Of a stretch of 64,000 nt of DNA, positions 1 through 9,011 are shown in pieces. The stretch is from a virus. Lineage: Duplodnaviria; Heunggongvirae; Uroviricota; Caudoviricetes. The stretch is from the IMG/VR virus record IMGVR_UViG_2563366840_000001; one strand, written 5' to 3'. The notes beneath the pieces are model-generated. The model ran no database searches. It was given only the letters and a program-made list of their open reading frames with translations, and had not been told where the DNA came from. The position numbers were made by a program, and so were the translations under genes. The stretch's first letter is position 1. Every line of letters begins with the position of its first letter.

Positions 1-339
1 ATGGTGCAGAGACACCTCATTAGATATTACTCCATGCATATAGCAGGCAATGCAGGGGAGAGTGCCAAGAGCATTGGCGATGCGCCGTTCCTCCGCCGTT
101 GGTGTTCTCCCCTTCAAGCCACGAGATTTTATTTTTACCGCGCTTTTCCGCGTTTTGCTGGCTGGTGGGCGCTCTTTCTGTTTAGCGATACGGCGGTCGA
201 TAGTATCCCGCATTTTCTGATATTGAGATTCTCGCCAGACCGGATCAGCCAACTTCTCCCGTTGCCGAGCGATCGCTCGTTCTCTGGCTGCCTTCTGCCA
301 CTTGCGGCACTGTTCAATTTTTTGTTCGATTGTTTTCAT
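1..339 (-). CDS. ref: Ref, recombination enhancement function (HNH-type endonuclease); first 113 codons, 3' end beyond window start
   Basis: Minus-strand ATG at 337-339 gives MKTIEQKIEQCRKWQKAARERAIARQREK...CIACYMHGVISNEVSLHH; absent from ORF track because it runs off the window; sits next to cre as in P1. Confidence 0.65.
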   Translation of the reverse strand, partial: MKTIEQKIEQCRKWQKAARERAIARQREKLADPVWRESQYQKMRDTIDRRIAKQKERPPASKTRKSAVKIKSRGLKGRTPTAEERRIANALGTLPCIACYMHGVISNEVSLHH

Positions 340-345
340 ATGGTC

Positions 346-372
346 AAAAAAAAGGCGGCCTAATGGCCGCCT
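346..372 (-). terminator. GC hairpin GGCGGCC-TAAT-GGCCGCC followed by T8 on the minus strand, 6 nt upstream of the ref start codon
   Basis: Inverted repeat and T-run read directly from sequence. Confidence 0.4.
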
Positions 373-438
373 ATGATGTCAAGGAGTGAAGTAATGGCAA
401 CGTCTTCGTAGTTGGCAAAAACTGCGACTCAATTATAG

Positions 439-455
439 CAACCAATTAGAGCAAT
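439..455. promoter_or_regulatory. C1 repressor operator-like site (core ATTAGAGCAAT), Op2-like position upstream of ref
   Basis: Partial match to the 17-bp P1 C1 operator consensus ATTGCTCTAATAAATTT (reverse complement). Confidence 0.5.
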
Positions 456-586
456 TAAAGTTGTTTATTTATCGCGAATCACATTTTTTCACTTCAGTAC
501 CTGTGTGCTATACTCCTTCTTGATTGATTGGATGCGGAATACAAACCCGCTCTTTTGTGCAGCCTGGATCCTTGCCAGGCTTTTTT

Positions 587-898
587 TTATTTCATCATGG
601 AAGCTGTTAACGCTTTGGACCTTGCTGAACTGATTGAGAGGGCTTTGTCAACGTGCCCCAAAAATTCGCCAAACTCAGACATCACTTTAGCAAAACCGCG
701 CCGTGCTTCTTCCTCGGTGGCATTCATCACGAAATGTTCAGCACCACGCATACTTTTGACAGGGAACGCAACGGATATTGAATCAATATCAGGCATTCTA
801 TCGCTCAGCTTTACAGTGACAATGACGGCTGGCGACTGAATATTAGTGCTTACAGACAGCACTACATATTTTCCGTCGATGTTGAAATCCTTTCTCAT
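587..898 (-). CDS. Hypothetical 103-aa protein between cre and ref (cra-like position)
   Basis: ORF track; flanked by operator-like sites at 915-931 and 439-455. Confidence 0.45.
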   Translation of the reverse strand: MRKDFNIDGKYVVLSVSTNIQSPAVIVTVKLSDRMPDIDSISVAFPVKSMRGAEHFVMNATEEEARRGFAKVMSEFGEFLGHVDKALSISSARSKALTASMMK

Positions 899-914
899 AT
901 GTCACCATAAATAT

Positions 915-931
915 CAAAGAATTAGAGCAAT
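915..931. promoter_or_regulatory. C1 operator-like site (core ATTAGAGCAAT) between cre stop and the 103-aa gene
   Basis: Core match to C1 operator consensus. Confidence 0.45.
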
Positions 932-948
932 CATTTACGCGTTAATGG

Positions 949-1980
949 CTAATCGCCATCTTCCAGCAGGCGCACCATTGCCCCTGTTTCACTATCCAGG
1001 TTACGGATATAGTTCATGACAATATTTACGTTGGTCCAGCCACCAGCTTGCATGATCTCCGGTATTGAAACTCCGGCACGGGCCATATCTCGCGCGGCTC
1101 CGACACGGGCACTGTGTCCAGACCAGGCCAGGTACCTCTGGCCAGAGTCATCCTTAGCCCCGTAAATCAATCGGTGAGTTGCTTCAAAAATCCCTTCCAG
1201 GGCGCGAGTTGATAGCTGGCTGGTGGGTGATGGCGAGGCAACACCATTTTTTCTGACCCGGCAAAACAAGTAGTTATTCGGATCATCAGCCACACCAGAG
1301 ACAGAAATCCATCGCTCGACCAGTTTAGTTACCCCCAGGCTAAGTGCCTTCTCTACACCTGCGGTGCTAACCAGCGTTTTCGTTCTGCCAATATGGATTA
1401 ACATTCTCCCACCGTCAGTACGTGAGATATCTTTAACCCTGATCCTGGCAATTTCGGCTATACGTAACAGGGTGTTATAAGCAATCCCCAGAAATGCCAG
1501 ATTACGTATATCCTGGCAGCGATCGCTATTTTCCATGAGTGAACGAACCTGGTCGAAATCAGTGCGTTCGAACGCTAGTGCCTGTTTTGCACGTTCACCG
1601 GCATCAACGTTTTCTTTTCGGATCCGCCGCATAACCAGTGAAACAGCATTGCTGTCACTTAGTCGCGGCAGCCCGGACCGACGATGAAGCATGTTTAGCT
1701 GGCCCAAATGTTGCTGGATAGTTTTTACTGCCAGACCGCGCGCCTGAAGATATAGAAGATAATCGCGAACATCTTCAGGTTCTGCGGGAAACCATTTCCG
1801 GTTATTCAACTTGCACCATGCCGCCCATGACCGGCAAACGGACAGAAGCATTTTCCAGGTATGCTCAGAAAACGCCTGGCGATCCCTGAACATGTCCATC
1901 AGGTTCTTGCGAACCTCATCACTCGTTGCATCGACCGGCAATGCAGGCAAATTTTGGTGTACGGTCAGTAAATTGGACAT
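949..1980 (-). CDS. cre: Cre site-specific tyrosine recombinase (343 aa)
   Basis: Translation MSNLLTVHQNLPALPVDATSDEVRKNLMDMFRDRQAFSEHTWK... ends ...MVRLLEDGD; recognised as P1 Cre; loxP lies 419 bp upstream. Confidence 0.97.
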   Translation of the reverse strand: MSNLLTVHQNLPALPVDATSDEVRKNLMDMFRDRQAFSEHTWKMLLSVCRSWAAWCKLNNRKWFPAEPEDVRDYLLYLQARGLAVKTIQQHLGQLNMLHRRSGLPRLSDSNAVSLVMRRIRKENVDAGERAKQALAFERTDFDQVRSLMENSDRCQDIRNLAFLGIAYNTLLRIAEIARIRVKDISRTDGGRMLIHIGRTKTLVSTAGVEKALSLGVTKLVERWISVSGVADDPNNYLFCRVRKNGVASPSPTSQLSTRALEGIFEATHRLIYGAKDDSGQRYLAWSGHSARVGAARDMARAGVSIPEIMQAGGWTNVNIVMNYIRNLDSETGAMVRLLEDGD

Positions 1981-2398
1981 TTGACACTCAGATAATGGTT
2001 TTAAGTAAAGTGTACAGGATCGGCTCTGCCTTTACCTGTTTATGGTTCTCGTCATAGAAACGCCAACGACCGCGACTGCGTTCTATCTTTTCTTCACCGC
2101 GCGATAATGACAGTTGACAACTATCACGATCAAACCCTTTTGCCCGCCAGTAACCACGATTTTTCTCAAGCTCAAGATGAGTGGACACTTTAGCAGCTGA
2201 ATATCCCATTTTTCACCTCTGATTGATTGGTGGTGCTAAGTGCGCTACGCGAAATCTGGAGCACTAACACTGCCAACATTTCGCAGATTTTACGTAGCGC
2301 AACCTTGATCAAATGATCAAGTGATCACTATTTGACCTGGTAAGGTATTGAACTGTATGGATTTACAGGTAAATTGATCATGTTCAATAACCCTTAAG

Positions 2399-2432
2399 AT
2401 AACTTCGTATAATGTATGCTATACGAAGTTAT
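2399..2432. other. loxP recombination site (34 bp)
   Basis: ATAACTTCGTATA-ATGTATGC-TATACGAAGTTAT read directly; spacer is the reverse complement of GCATACAT, consistent with cre on the minus strand. Confidence 0.97.
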
Positions 2433-2481
2433 TAGGTCTGAAGAGGAGTTTACGTCCAGCTGCGCATAAAAATCAAGAATT

Positions 2482-2492
2482 ATTAGAGCAAT
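2482..2492. promoter_or_regulatory. C1 operator-like site (Op99-like, immC region)
   Basis: TTATTAGAGCAAT core, reverse orientation. Confidence 0.55.
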
Positions 2493-2558
2493 AAATTTTG
2501 AGAGAAAAATCCCACTCCACCAGCCAAAAACTGGATTGTTTTTCATAGTTGTTTGACA

Positions 2559-2574
2559 ATTGCTCTAATAAATT
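2559..2574. promoter_or_regulatory. C1 operator (Op99-like) overlapping a TTGACA -35-like hexamer upstream of coi/c1
   Basis: ATTGCTCTAATAAATT, 16 of 17 consensus positions, directly after TTGACA. Confidence 0.7.
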
Positions 2575-2813
2575 ATAGTTTTGCCGCCGTTACGTAATAC
2601 GACTTTGGATTCACTATTTAATGTGTCTTCAGCGTTGTAGAGCGGCTCAGAAGGAAATGAGCAAACAGGGAAACCTTATACAACGGCATTACAGCTATGC
2701 ATTGCTCATCTTACACACAGCGCAATGTTGTTAGATTACCCCAGCATGGATCATGGGTGAAACAGTAGGTCAGAGCTTCAGGCTCTGTGTTGTCAATACA
2801 GTGAGGCATAATT

Positions 2814-3023
2814 ATGGCTTTCATTCCACCAACCATCGACGACGTTAGACATTGCTCTAACGCTTTATCTGTAGACCCCGCCGAAACCGACGCTGCCCGC
2901 GCCATTGCTGAACACTACTCAAAGATATCCAATCAGGAGTACCGCATCACCCAAGACGACCTGGATGATCTCACTGACACAATCGAATATCTCATGGCCA
3001 CTAACCAGCCAGACTCACAATAA
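2814..3023 (+). CDS. coi: Coi, C1 inactivator (69 aa)
   Basis: Translation MAFIPPTIDDVRHCSNALSVDPAETDAARAIAEHYSKISNQEYRITQDDL...; immediately upstream of c1. Confidence 0.85.
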   Translation: MAFIPPTIDDVRHCSNALSVDPAETDAARAIAEHYSKISNQEYRITQDDLDDLTDTIEYLMATNQPDSQ

Positions 3024-3133
3024 ATGCACTAATAAATCTATTATTTTCGTTGGATCCTTCTATAATGGTGGCCAACAACTCCCAGTGTAATCCGCTGTGA
3101 GTTGTTGGCCATGTCAATTCTGGAGGAGGATCA

Positions 3134-3985
3134 ATGATAAATTATGTCTACGGCGAACAACTGTACCAGGAGTTCGTCAGCTTCAGGGATCTCTTTCTAA
3201 AAAAAGCTGTTGCACGCGCCCAACACGTTGATGCCGCCAGCAACGGTCGTCCTGTACGCCCGGTTGTCGTTCTACCGTTCAAAGAAACTGACAGCATTCA
3301 GGCTGAAATTGATAAATGGACTTTAATGGCGCGGGAACTGGAACAGTACCCAGACCTCAATATCCCAAAGACTATTTTATATCCAGTGCCTAACATCCTT
3401 CGCGGTGTGCGTAAGGTTACAACTTATCAGACAGAGGCTGTGAACAGCGTCAACATGACCGCTGGCCGCATTATTCATCTGATTGATAAGGACATTCGCA
3501 TCCAAAAAAGCGCGGGGATCAATGAGCACAGTGCGAAATACATAGAGAACCTGGAAGCAACAAAAGAGCTAATGAAGCAGTACCCGGAGGATGAAAAATT
3601 CCGTATGCGCGTACACGGCTTTAGCGAAACAATGCTGCGCGTCCATTACATTTCTAGTAGCCCTAACTACAATGATGGTAAATCAGTTAGTTACCATGTG
3701 CCGCTATGTGGTGTGTTTATCTGCGATGAAACTCTCCGTGATGGAATTATCATCAACGGTGAATTCGAGAAAGCAAAATTTAGCCTTTATGACTCCATAG
3801 AACCGATCATCTGCGACCGCTGGCCGCAAGCAAAAATATATCGCCTGGCAGATATTGAAAATGTAAAAAAACAAATTGCCATCACTCGCGAAGAGAAAAA
3901 GGTTAAGTCAGCCGCATCAGTTACGCGCAGTCGTAAAACCAAGAAGGGGCAGCCAGTAAACGACAACCCCGAAAGCGCGCAATAA
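3134..3985 (+). CDS. c1: C1 master repressor of lysogeny (283 aa)
   Basis: Translation MINYVYGEQLYQEFVSFRDLFLKKAVARAQHVDAAS... recognised as P1 C1. Confidence 0.95.
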   Translation: MINYVYGEQLYQEFVSFRDLFLKKAVARAQHVDAASNGRPVRPVVVLPFKETDSIQAEIDKWTLMARELEQYPDLNIPKTILYPVPNILRGVRKVTTYQTEAVNSVNMTAGRIIHLIDKDIRIQKSAGINEHSAKYIENLEATKELMKQYPEDEKFRMRVHGFSETMLRVHYISSSPNYNDGKSVSYHVPLCGVFICDETLRDGIIINGEFEKAKFSLYDSIEPIICDRWPQAKIYRLADIENVKKQIAITREEKKVKSAASVTRSRKTKKGQPVNDNPESAQ

Positions 3986-3989
3986 ATTA

Positions 3990-4016
3990 TGCCCGGCATC
4001 AACCGGGCATTCTTCC
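3990..4016. terminator. Hairpin TGCCCGG-CATCAA-CCGGGCA between convergent c1 and the antirepressor-like gene; possible bidirectional terminator
   Basis: Inverted repeat with T-rich flanks read from sequence. Confidence 0.4.
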
Positions 4017-4017
4017 A

Positions 4018-5130
4018 TTATTCAACCGCCACCGGTTTTAACAAGCCAGCATCGAGCAGTTTACGCGTCAACCACTGCTGGCCTTTACCCGTTAATTGAG
4101 GCGTCAACCGTATCTGGTAGCCATCTTCATCATCCAGCACCACTTCTTTCACCGTGAAATACCCCGCGTTGATGTACTGCTGGAACGGCACATTTTTACG
4201 TCCACCGGACGCTATCAGGATGCCGTTCTCCCGTAACCAGGCAAACAGCGCGTTTTGCTTAAGTCCAACAACCTTTGCAAAATTCCCAATCAGGATCCCT
4301 TTAGCTACTGATACCCGGTCGGCAAAATCGACCTTAGGAGCGGCGGCTACCAGCTGCTGATTTAGCTGGTGGGCTTTCTGTTCCAGAAGCTGCTTTTTTT
4401 CAGCCAGTTCGGCAGCCAGGCGTAGGGCTTCTGGTAATGTTTGGGGGATTGCAACCGGTTGCTGTTCTTTTTGCCGGAAGTAGCTGTCTTCCAGTTTTTC
4501 AAAGAATGCCCATGCTTCATTTGTGTCCACGATCTTAGACATGCGTGCCGCTCCGCGCTCGGCCCAGAGAATTACCTGACTTGTATATTTGCTAACCAAG
4601 TGACTAATAGTCACTAGCCTTTTAAATTCCTTTAATTTTGAACCAGTTAAGAGATAGTAATGCTTACCTTCTTCAAAGCGATCGGGGTTGCGAGACAAAT
4701 TTTTACGAATATTCGCTTCATCGGTCCCATACCCTTTAGCAAGAGTCTCAGTTGTCACTACACGCACTCCCAGCCATTCCAGAACGGGAATTTCATCAGA
4801 CTGATTCTGAACAACCACCAGCTCCGATTCCTGAACTGAAGGTGCATGAATTTTTTCTGATTTAACGTTAGTTGCTTTCATTCTGTGTGCCTCCTTGCGT
4901 GCTTCGGCTGCGACGGTTGCGTAATTCAGATGACCCTGTTCGAGCAGGTATTCGCGGATATCAGACAACAGAATGCGGTGAACAGCGTTCTTGTCCTTTC
5001 TCCGGTAAAGTTGTTTGGTGATCATGAAGTAGTTGGCTATAACGCCTGGTATATCCCTGGTACTGATACAGGCAGTGTGCTGTTCAATTGCCTCGATCAT
5101 CTCTTCACGGGTGACTAATGACGTTCTCAT
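4018..5130 (-). CDS. Antirepressor-like protein (Bro-N/ORF6N-like middle region plus KilA-C/ANT-like C-terminus), 370 aa
   Basis: Motifs ETLAKGYGTDEANIRKNLSRNPDRFEEGKHYYLL and VSVAKGILIGNFAKVVGLKQNALFAWLRENGIL resemble phage antirepressor domains; domain call is from memory. Confidence 0.55.
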   Translation of the reverse strand: MRTSLVTREEMIEAIEQHTACISTRDIPGVIANYFMITKQLYRRKDKNAVHRILLSDIREYLLEQGHLNYATVAAEARKEAHRMKATNVKSEKIHAPSVQESELVVVQNQSDEIPVLEWLGVRVVTTETLAKGYGTDEANIRKNLSRNPDRFEEGKHYYLLTGSKLKEFKRLVTISHLVSKYTSQVILWAERGAARMSKIVDTNEAWAFFEKLEDSYFRQKEQQPVAIPQTLPEALRLAAELAEKKQLLEQKAHQLNQQLVAAAPKVDFADRVSVAKGILIGNFAKVVGLKQNALFAWLRENGILIASGGRKNVPFQQYINAGYFTVKEVVLDDEDGYQIRLTPQLTGKGQQWLTRKLLDAGLLKPVAVE

Positions 5131-5348
5131 AGTCCCTCCTGAGCAGAAGCGTTAACAGGGAGGCACCAGTAACTGAGAGAATTGCGCGAATCAGTAGAAA
5201 AACGGGCGGAGAAAATACAGGGTGCATCAGGAAGCTGAGAGCGAGCCTCATCTTCTGTCGGTGCAATAACGAAGTGATAGTGACGTTTCTGGCAGGAGTA
5301 AAAGCGCCAGATAAATTCAGGATGAGTTGGGGTAGGGATAGTAGCCAT
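5127..5348 (-). CDS. Hypothetical 73-aa protein, translationally coupled (ATGA overlap) to the antirepressor-like gene
   Basis: Strong RBS AAAGGAGG 7 nt upstream of ATG on the minus strand; 4-nt overlap with downstream gene. Confidence 0.45.
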   Translation of the reverse strand: MATIPTPTHPEFIWRFYSCQKRHYHFVIAPTEDEARSQLPDAPCIFSARFSTDSRNSLSYWCLPVNASAQEGL

Positions 5349-5533
5349 AATGGCAGCCTCCTTTGACTAAGTTAAGGAGCTACCGCGTGAGGTTCCAATC
5401 TCAATGGCGGTAGCACTGACTGGGTTGGAACTACCGGCGTCAAAGGGAACCGGCCTGCCTTTCGGCAGCCCAGCCAGCACTACCATTGATCTCTGAGCTA
5501 AACGCTACGTATGGCCGTGCGATGGCATGACAC

Positions 5534-5555
5534 AAAAAAAGACGCTTTTGGCGTC
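5534..5555 (-). terminator. Rho-independent terminator on minus strand (GACGCC-AAAA-GGCGTC then T7), downstream of pacB
   Basis: Stem-loop plus T-run read directly. Confidence 0.55.
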
Positions 5556-5688
5556 TGTGTCGCCTTTGACATTATCCGGGGTTCCAATCCCGGCACCCGT
5601 TTTAATGAGGTGCCTGATAAGCATAAACCGAAAATGCCTCAAGGCGCAAGAGGTCAGGTTCAATGTAACATCGGTAGCTAAAAAACAC

Positions 5689-5705
5689 AATTTATTAGAG
5701 CAAAT
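5689..5705. promoter_or_regulatory. C1 operator-like site just past the pacB stop
   Basis: AATTTATTAGAGCAA matches 15 of 17 consensus positions. Confidence 0.5.
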
Positions 5706-5707
5706 GT

Positions 5708-7192
5708 TCATTCATTAAGCCATGCCAGAGCTTCATCAACCTGCGCTTCGTCTTCGACGCTAAGCACTTCATCCTGGGGAACATAATCCGCCAGCATAGC
5801 GAAACAATATGTATCCCAATGGTCTGGTGAGTGCAGGTTGAGTTTTTTCTTCATATCCTCCTTACTCATCACCTTCCATTGACCTGCGGAGTTAATCCCT
5901 ACAGGGATTTTCGACGCTTCCTCAATAGTTTCATTACCCTTATCCAGTCTCATACGACCAGATTTTACGGCCTCTGCGGCTTGAACGTTGGCATAAGCAC
6001 GTTTATCAAAGTACAGGCTCTTATCTTCACGGCTATGCATCTTTTTACCCCAGCGTATACGCTGTACGGTAATACCATAATACTCGTACATCAGATCCGC
6101 CGTTGCTTTACCCAGCCCATCACCGTCTATCGCTATGGTGATATTTGGGAATCGCTCAGGATTACATTCTGCGAAAATTTTGGCGGCAAGCTGCGTTTCT
6201 GTAACGTCTGTGTATTCCAGCATTCGATAGTTGATTACACGGCGTTTATTTCTCTGGCCGGACACCATCATGATATTGATAACGGACTTATCCCGTCCCG
6301 TACCACCAGCAACGTCCACACATGCAAGCCAGCCCCATCCTTTGGCAATCTTGACTTTCCGCCGCGTCGCACGTTCAACCTCATCACGTCCAAGAAGGAA
6401 GCCATCCTGTGATTTAGGGAATAGTCCGCGTACCTTAATCATGTACATAGGGTTATCACGCCCGCCGTACTCCGCCAGCTTCATTTTGATAAATGCTGGC
6501 GTTACCAGCGGTGATTCCTCACTGTTAAGCGTGATCGCCGTATAAACGCCATCAGGGTTACCAGGACGCTTGGCCAGTTTATGGTGAGTATCGTAGAAAT
6601 AGCCGCTTGGGCGTGTAGGCTGTGACAATAATAAGATGCGGTTATCCTGTCCGGTAAGAGCACCAGTGATGATACCGAAAGCTCTATCACTGACACCGGA
6701 GGCTTCATCGATAATATACAGAAGATGATCTGCGTGTTCACCGGCGAGAGCTTCTTCACTTCCCAGACGAAAGCCCTTCGGTACTACAGTCCATACACCT
6801 TTACCAGTAACCTCATAGAAAGCGGTTTCTGTCAGAACAAAATAATCAGCAAGCCATGGAAAACGGCTGGTGGCAGTAGCCCAGTTTATCTTGATGTACT
6901 TGAATATACCGGTCATTACCTGCTGAATTTTGTTCGCAACGATAATGGCGCGGGCACCGGGATACATGATTATGAACAACATGATCATGATAGAAGTCAT
7001 GTCTGATTTCCCGGTACCGTGACCAGACGAAACAGATGTCTTGCTACCCTGTTCCTGCACAGACTCAATAATCAGATCCTGCTGCCAGGTAGGTGTTTTG
7101 CCGAACAAAACATCAGCGGCAGCAATCCAGTCATAACGATATAGCGCCACCAGCTCGCGCCAACGTGGATCCGTTACGCAACTTCTGGCCAT
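5708..7192 (-). CDS. pacB: PacB, terminase large subunit (494 aa)
   Basis: Walker A GHGTGKS and YIIDEA motif; follows pacA with overlapping stop/start as in P1. Confidence 0.9.
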   Translation of the reverse strand: MARSCVTDPRWRELVALYRYDWIAAADVLFGKTPTWQQDLIIESVQEQGSKTSVSSGHGTGKSDMTSIMIMLFIIMYPGARAIIVANKIQQVMTGIFKYIKINWATATSRFPWLADYFVLTETAFYEVTGKGVWTVVPKGFRLGSEEALAGEHADHLLYIIDEASGVSDRAFGIITGALTGQDNRILLLSQPTRPSGYFYDTHHKLAKRPGNPDGVYTAITLNSEESPLVTPAFIKMKLAEYGGRDNPMYMIKVRGLFPKSQDGFLLGRDEVERATRRKVKIAKGWGWLACVDVAGGTGRDKSVINIMMVSGQRNKRRVINYRMLEYTDVTETQLAAKIFAECNPERFPNITIAIDGDGLGKATADLMYEYYGITVQRIRWGKKMHSREDKSLYFDKRAYANVQAAEAVKSGRMRLDKGNETIEEASKIPVGINSAGQWKVMSKEDMKKKLNLHSPDHWDTYCFAMLADYVPQDEVLSVEDEAQVDEALAWLNE

Positions 7193-8385
7193 TAATCATC
7201 ATCCCCGTATAGCTTGCGGGTAACTTCTTCGTCTTCCTCCTCGTCTTCGTCCAGGTCTTGTTCCAGCCATGGGTCGTTTGATACACCTTCAGTATCAACA
7301 TCTCCATAACCGCCTGTATCAACGATATCGGCGATTTCTTCCCTACGCTGCTCAATCCACAATGCGGCATCGGCGCGGCGGTTGGCGGCCCGTTCTCGCG
7401 CAACTTTGTCCAGATCTTCAAGAGAAGGGCCACCGACGGCTGTTTGCCTTTCCTCATCATCGGTATTGGTCTTAGGAGCACGCAGATCGGCTTTGATTTG
7501 CTCCAGCATCAGGGGCGGAACTTTCCCACCATGCGCCTCGATGAATTCAGCTGCTTCCAGCACTGACCAGTTATTTTCACGCTTTCGTTCGTATGCCAGC
7601 TTAACAATGCCAGCTTGCCCCATAGACAAAGCGTGCTTTTCCGCCTCCCGGCTTTCTTTTCGATAGTTATTCCGGATGCTGTAAATGGTGTTGATCAGAC
7701 TGCTTATCTGCGCGGAACAGCTGTTTAGCATGCTCGCGATACGGTATTCAGGCGGAGTACCTCCATCATCGTCTTTTTGCTGATCGCGCATTTCCTGCAC
7801 CAGGCGAATACACGTATCCCTGGCGTTCTCCAGCATAAGGAGATGAGAAAGAGACTTTTCAAGAAGAGTGGTTTCCAGAACATCGGCCCCGGACCGACGC
7901 AACATAGCGCGCGCGGCCTTCCGCGCTTCAACGTTATCTATCAGGTAATCGCCAGCTTCGAATTCAAAGCGTTCACCATCATCATCCAGGGTGTCGCGTT
8001 CCAGACGATCACGTAAGGTCCGGTGGGCGCGGGTGATCACGTCATGATCATCTGAACGATCATTTATGCGCTTATTTTGGCGCTTCGCATTCTCGACTGC
8101 GGCACTGACAACGGCATTAACTCTCTGTTTTTCCGCTATTTCAGCCGCAATATGATCACCTGCATGTTGATCATTAGAGTGATCAATGATCATGCCTTTT
8201 AGTGGCTTCCTGACTGGCTTATTTGGCTTGCGGCTGTCCGCAGTCCTGGTGTCTTCTTTGAAGGCACGGAGATAACGACGTGCGGTATTAGGGTTAAGAT
8301 TAAACTCGGCGGCATACTGTGCGATGGTGTAACCACCATCTCGCGCCAGGCGAGCAAAATTCTTCTTGTGATCGTCCCAGGTCAC
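7192..8385 (-). CDS. pacA: PacA, terminase small subunit / pac-recognition protein (397 aa)
   Basis: Translation [39 protein letters not shown]...; contains the pac site. Confidence 0.9.
   Translation of the reverse strand: MTWDDHKKNFARLARDGGYTIAQYAAEFNLNPNTARRYLRAFKEDTRTADSRKPNKPVRKPLKGMIIDHSNDQHAGDHIAAEIAEKQRVNAVVSAAVENAKRQNKRINDRSDDHDVITRAHRTLRDRLERDTLDDDGERFEFEAGDYLIDNVEARKAARAMLRRSGADVLETTLLEKSLSHLLMLENARDTCIRLVQEMRDQQKDDDGGTPPEYRIASMLNSCSAQISSLINTIYSIRNNYRKESREAEKHALSMGQAGIVKLAYERKRENNWSVLEAAEFIEAHGGKVPPLMLEQIKADLRAPKTNTDDEERQTAVGGPSLEDLDKVARERAANRRADAALWIEQRREEIADIVDTGGYGDVDTEGVSNDPWLEQDLDEDEEEDEEVTRKLYGDDD
8035..8202. other. pac packaging site: two clusters of TGATCA hexamers (Dam sites) inside pacA
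   Basis: TGATCA at about 8035, 8045, 8163, 8178, 8190, 8197 plus GATCAT at 8057; the two-cluster layout resembles P1 pac. Confidence 0.7.
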
Positions 8386-8470
8386 TTATGCTTCCTTTCG
8401 TAAAAACTCTTTTTGACGCGAGGGTAACGAAAGTCACATGTCAAAAGGCCCGGAACGGGCAAGCAATCAA

Positions 8471-8923
8471 TCAGATACGTGCGGATGTGGCATTACCGTA
8501 ATGACGGTGCTGACGGGCCACCTTATTGAAAAGTTGACGCGCCATTACCCAAGGCTGGTGCTCCCGGCGTTCCTTTTCGTCCTGCGTCATATAGAGTTCG
8601 TTCTGGAGTTTTTCATCAAACCGGCGCGGAGCGCGGCTGCGGCGAAAGAATTCAGGATTCAGAGAGTGGATCTGAAATCTACGTGGGCGTGTACTGTCAT
8701 CAATCAAAACAGACGAATACTTAGACACAGCGATAGCCTTTAAGCGCAGATAAACATCGCGCTTATCGACATCCAGATGCGGGTATTCCTTTTCAAGAAT
8801 TGCTGCGAGTTCTTTCGCTGATAGAAGAGATTTAGTGCGGATCATGTAATCCGCAATCTCGTACGATGTTATTCGTGAGTGATTTATTTCCATGAAGTGG
8901 CGTCCCTGCCAGTTAAGTAACAT
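8471..8923 (-). CDS. lpa: Lpa, late promoter activator (150 aa)
   Basis: Size and position upstream of pacA as in P1; C1 operator match immediately upstream. Confidence 0.75.
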   Translation of the reverse strand: MLLNWQGRHFMEINHSRITSYEIADYMIRTKSLLSAKELAAILEKEYPHLDVDKRDVYLRLKAIAVSKYSSVLIDDSTRPRRFQIHSLNPEFFRRSRAPRRFDEKLQNELYMTQDEKERREHQPWVMARQLFNKVARQHRHYGNATSARI

Positions 8924-8999
8924 CCTGTCACCTACTGATTAGCCCATGTCAACTAATCAACGTCGAATATAATACCATCGATTAAAGAAATAGCAATGC

Positions 9000-9010
9000 A
9001 TTAGAGCAAT
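9000..9010. promoter_or_regulatory. C1 operator-like site upstream of lpa
   Basis: ATTAGAGCAAT core about 80 bp upstream of the lpa start. Confidence 0.55.
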
Positions 9011-9011
9011 T

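Noticed and set aside
1-363. Plus-strand ORF of 120 aa at the window start
   Set aside because: Lies antisense to the ref coding sequence and has an implausible F/L/R-rich composition; ref on the minus strand explains the region.
1988-2209. Minus-strand 73-aa ORF between cre and loxP
   Set aside because: Occupies the cre promoter region (with a GATC cluster at 2307-2327); no convincing RBS and no known gene here in P1; most likely spurious.
2711-3090. Small ORFs 2711..2905 (minus) and 2905..3090 (plus) around coi
   Set aside because: Overlap coi or the coi-c1 spacer in other frames; the imcA/imcB small genes of P1 should lie upstream of coi on the plus strand but I could not assign them confidently.
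5560-5600. tRNA-like T-arm CCGGGGTTCCAATCCCGG
   Set aside because: T-loop is non-canonical (C at the purine position) and no D-arm, anticodon arm or acceptor stem could be built; not called as tRNA, kept as part of the structured leader finding.
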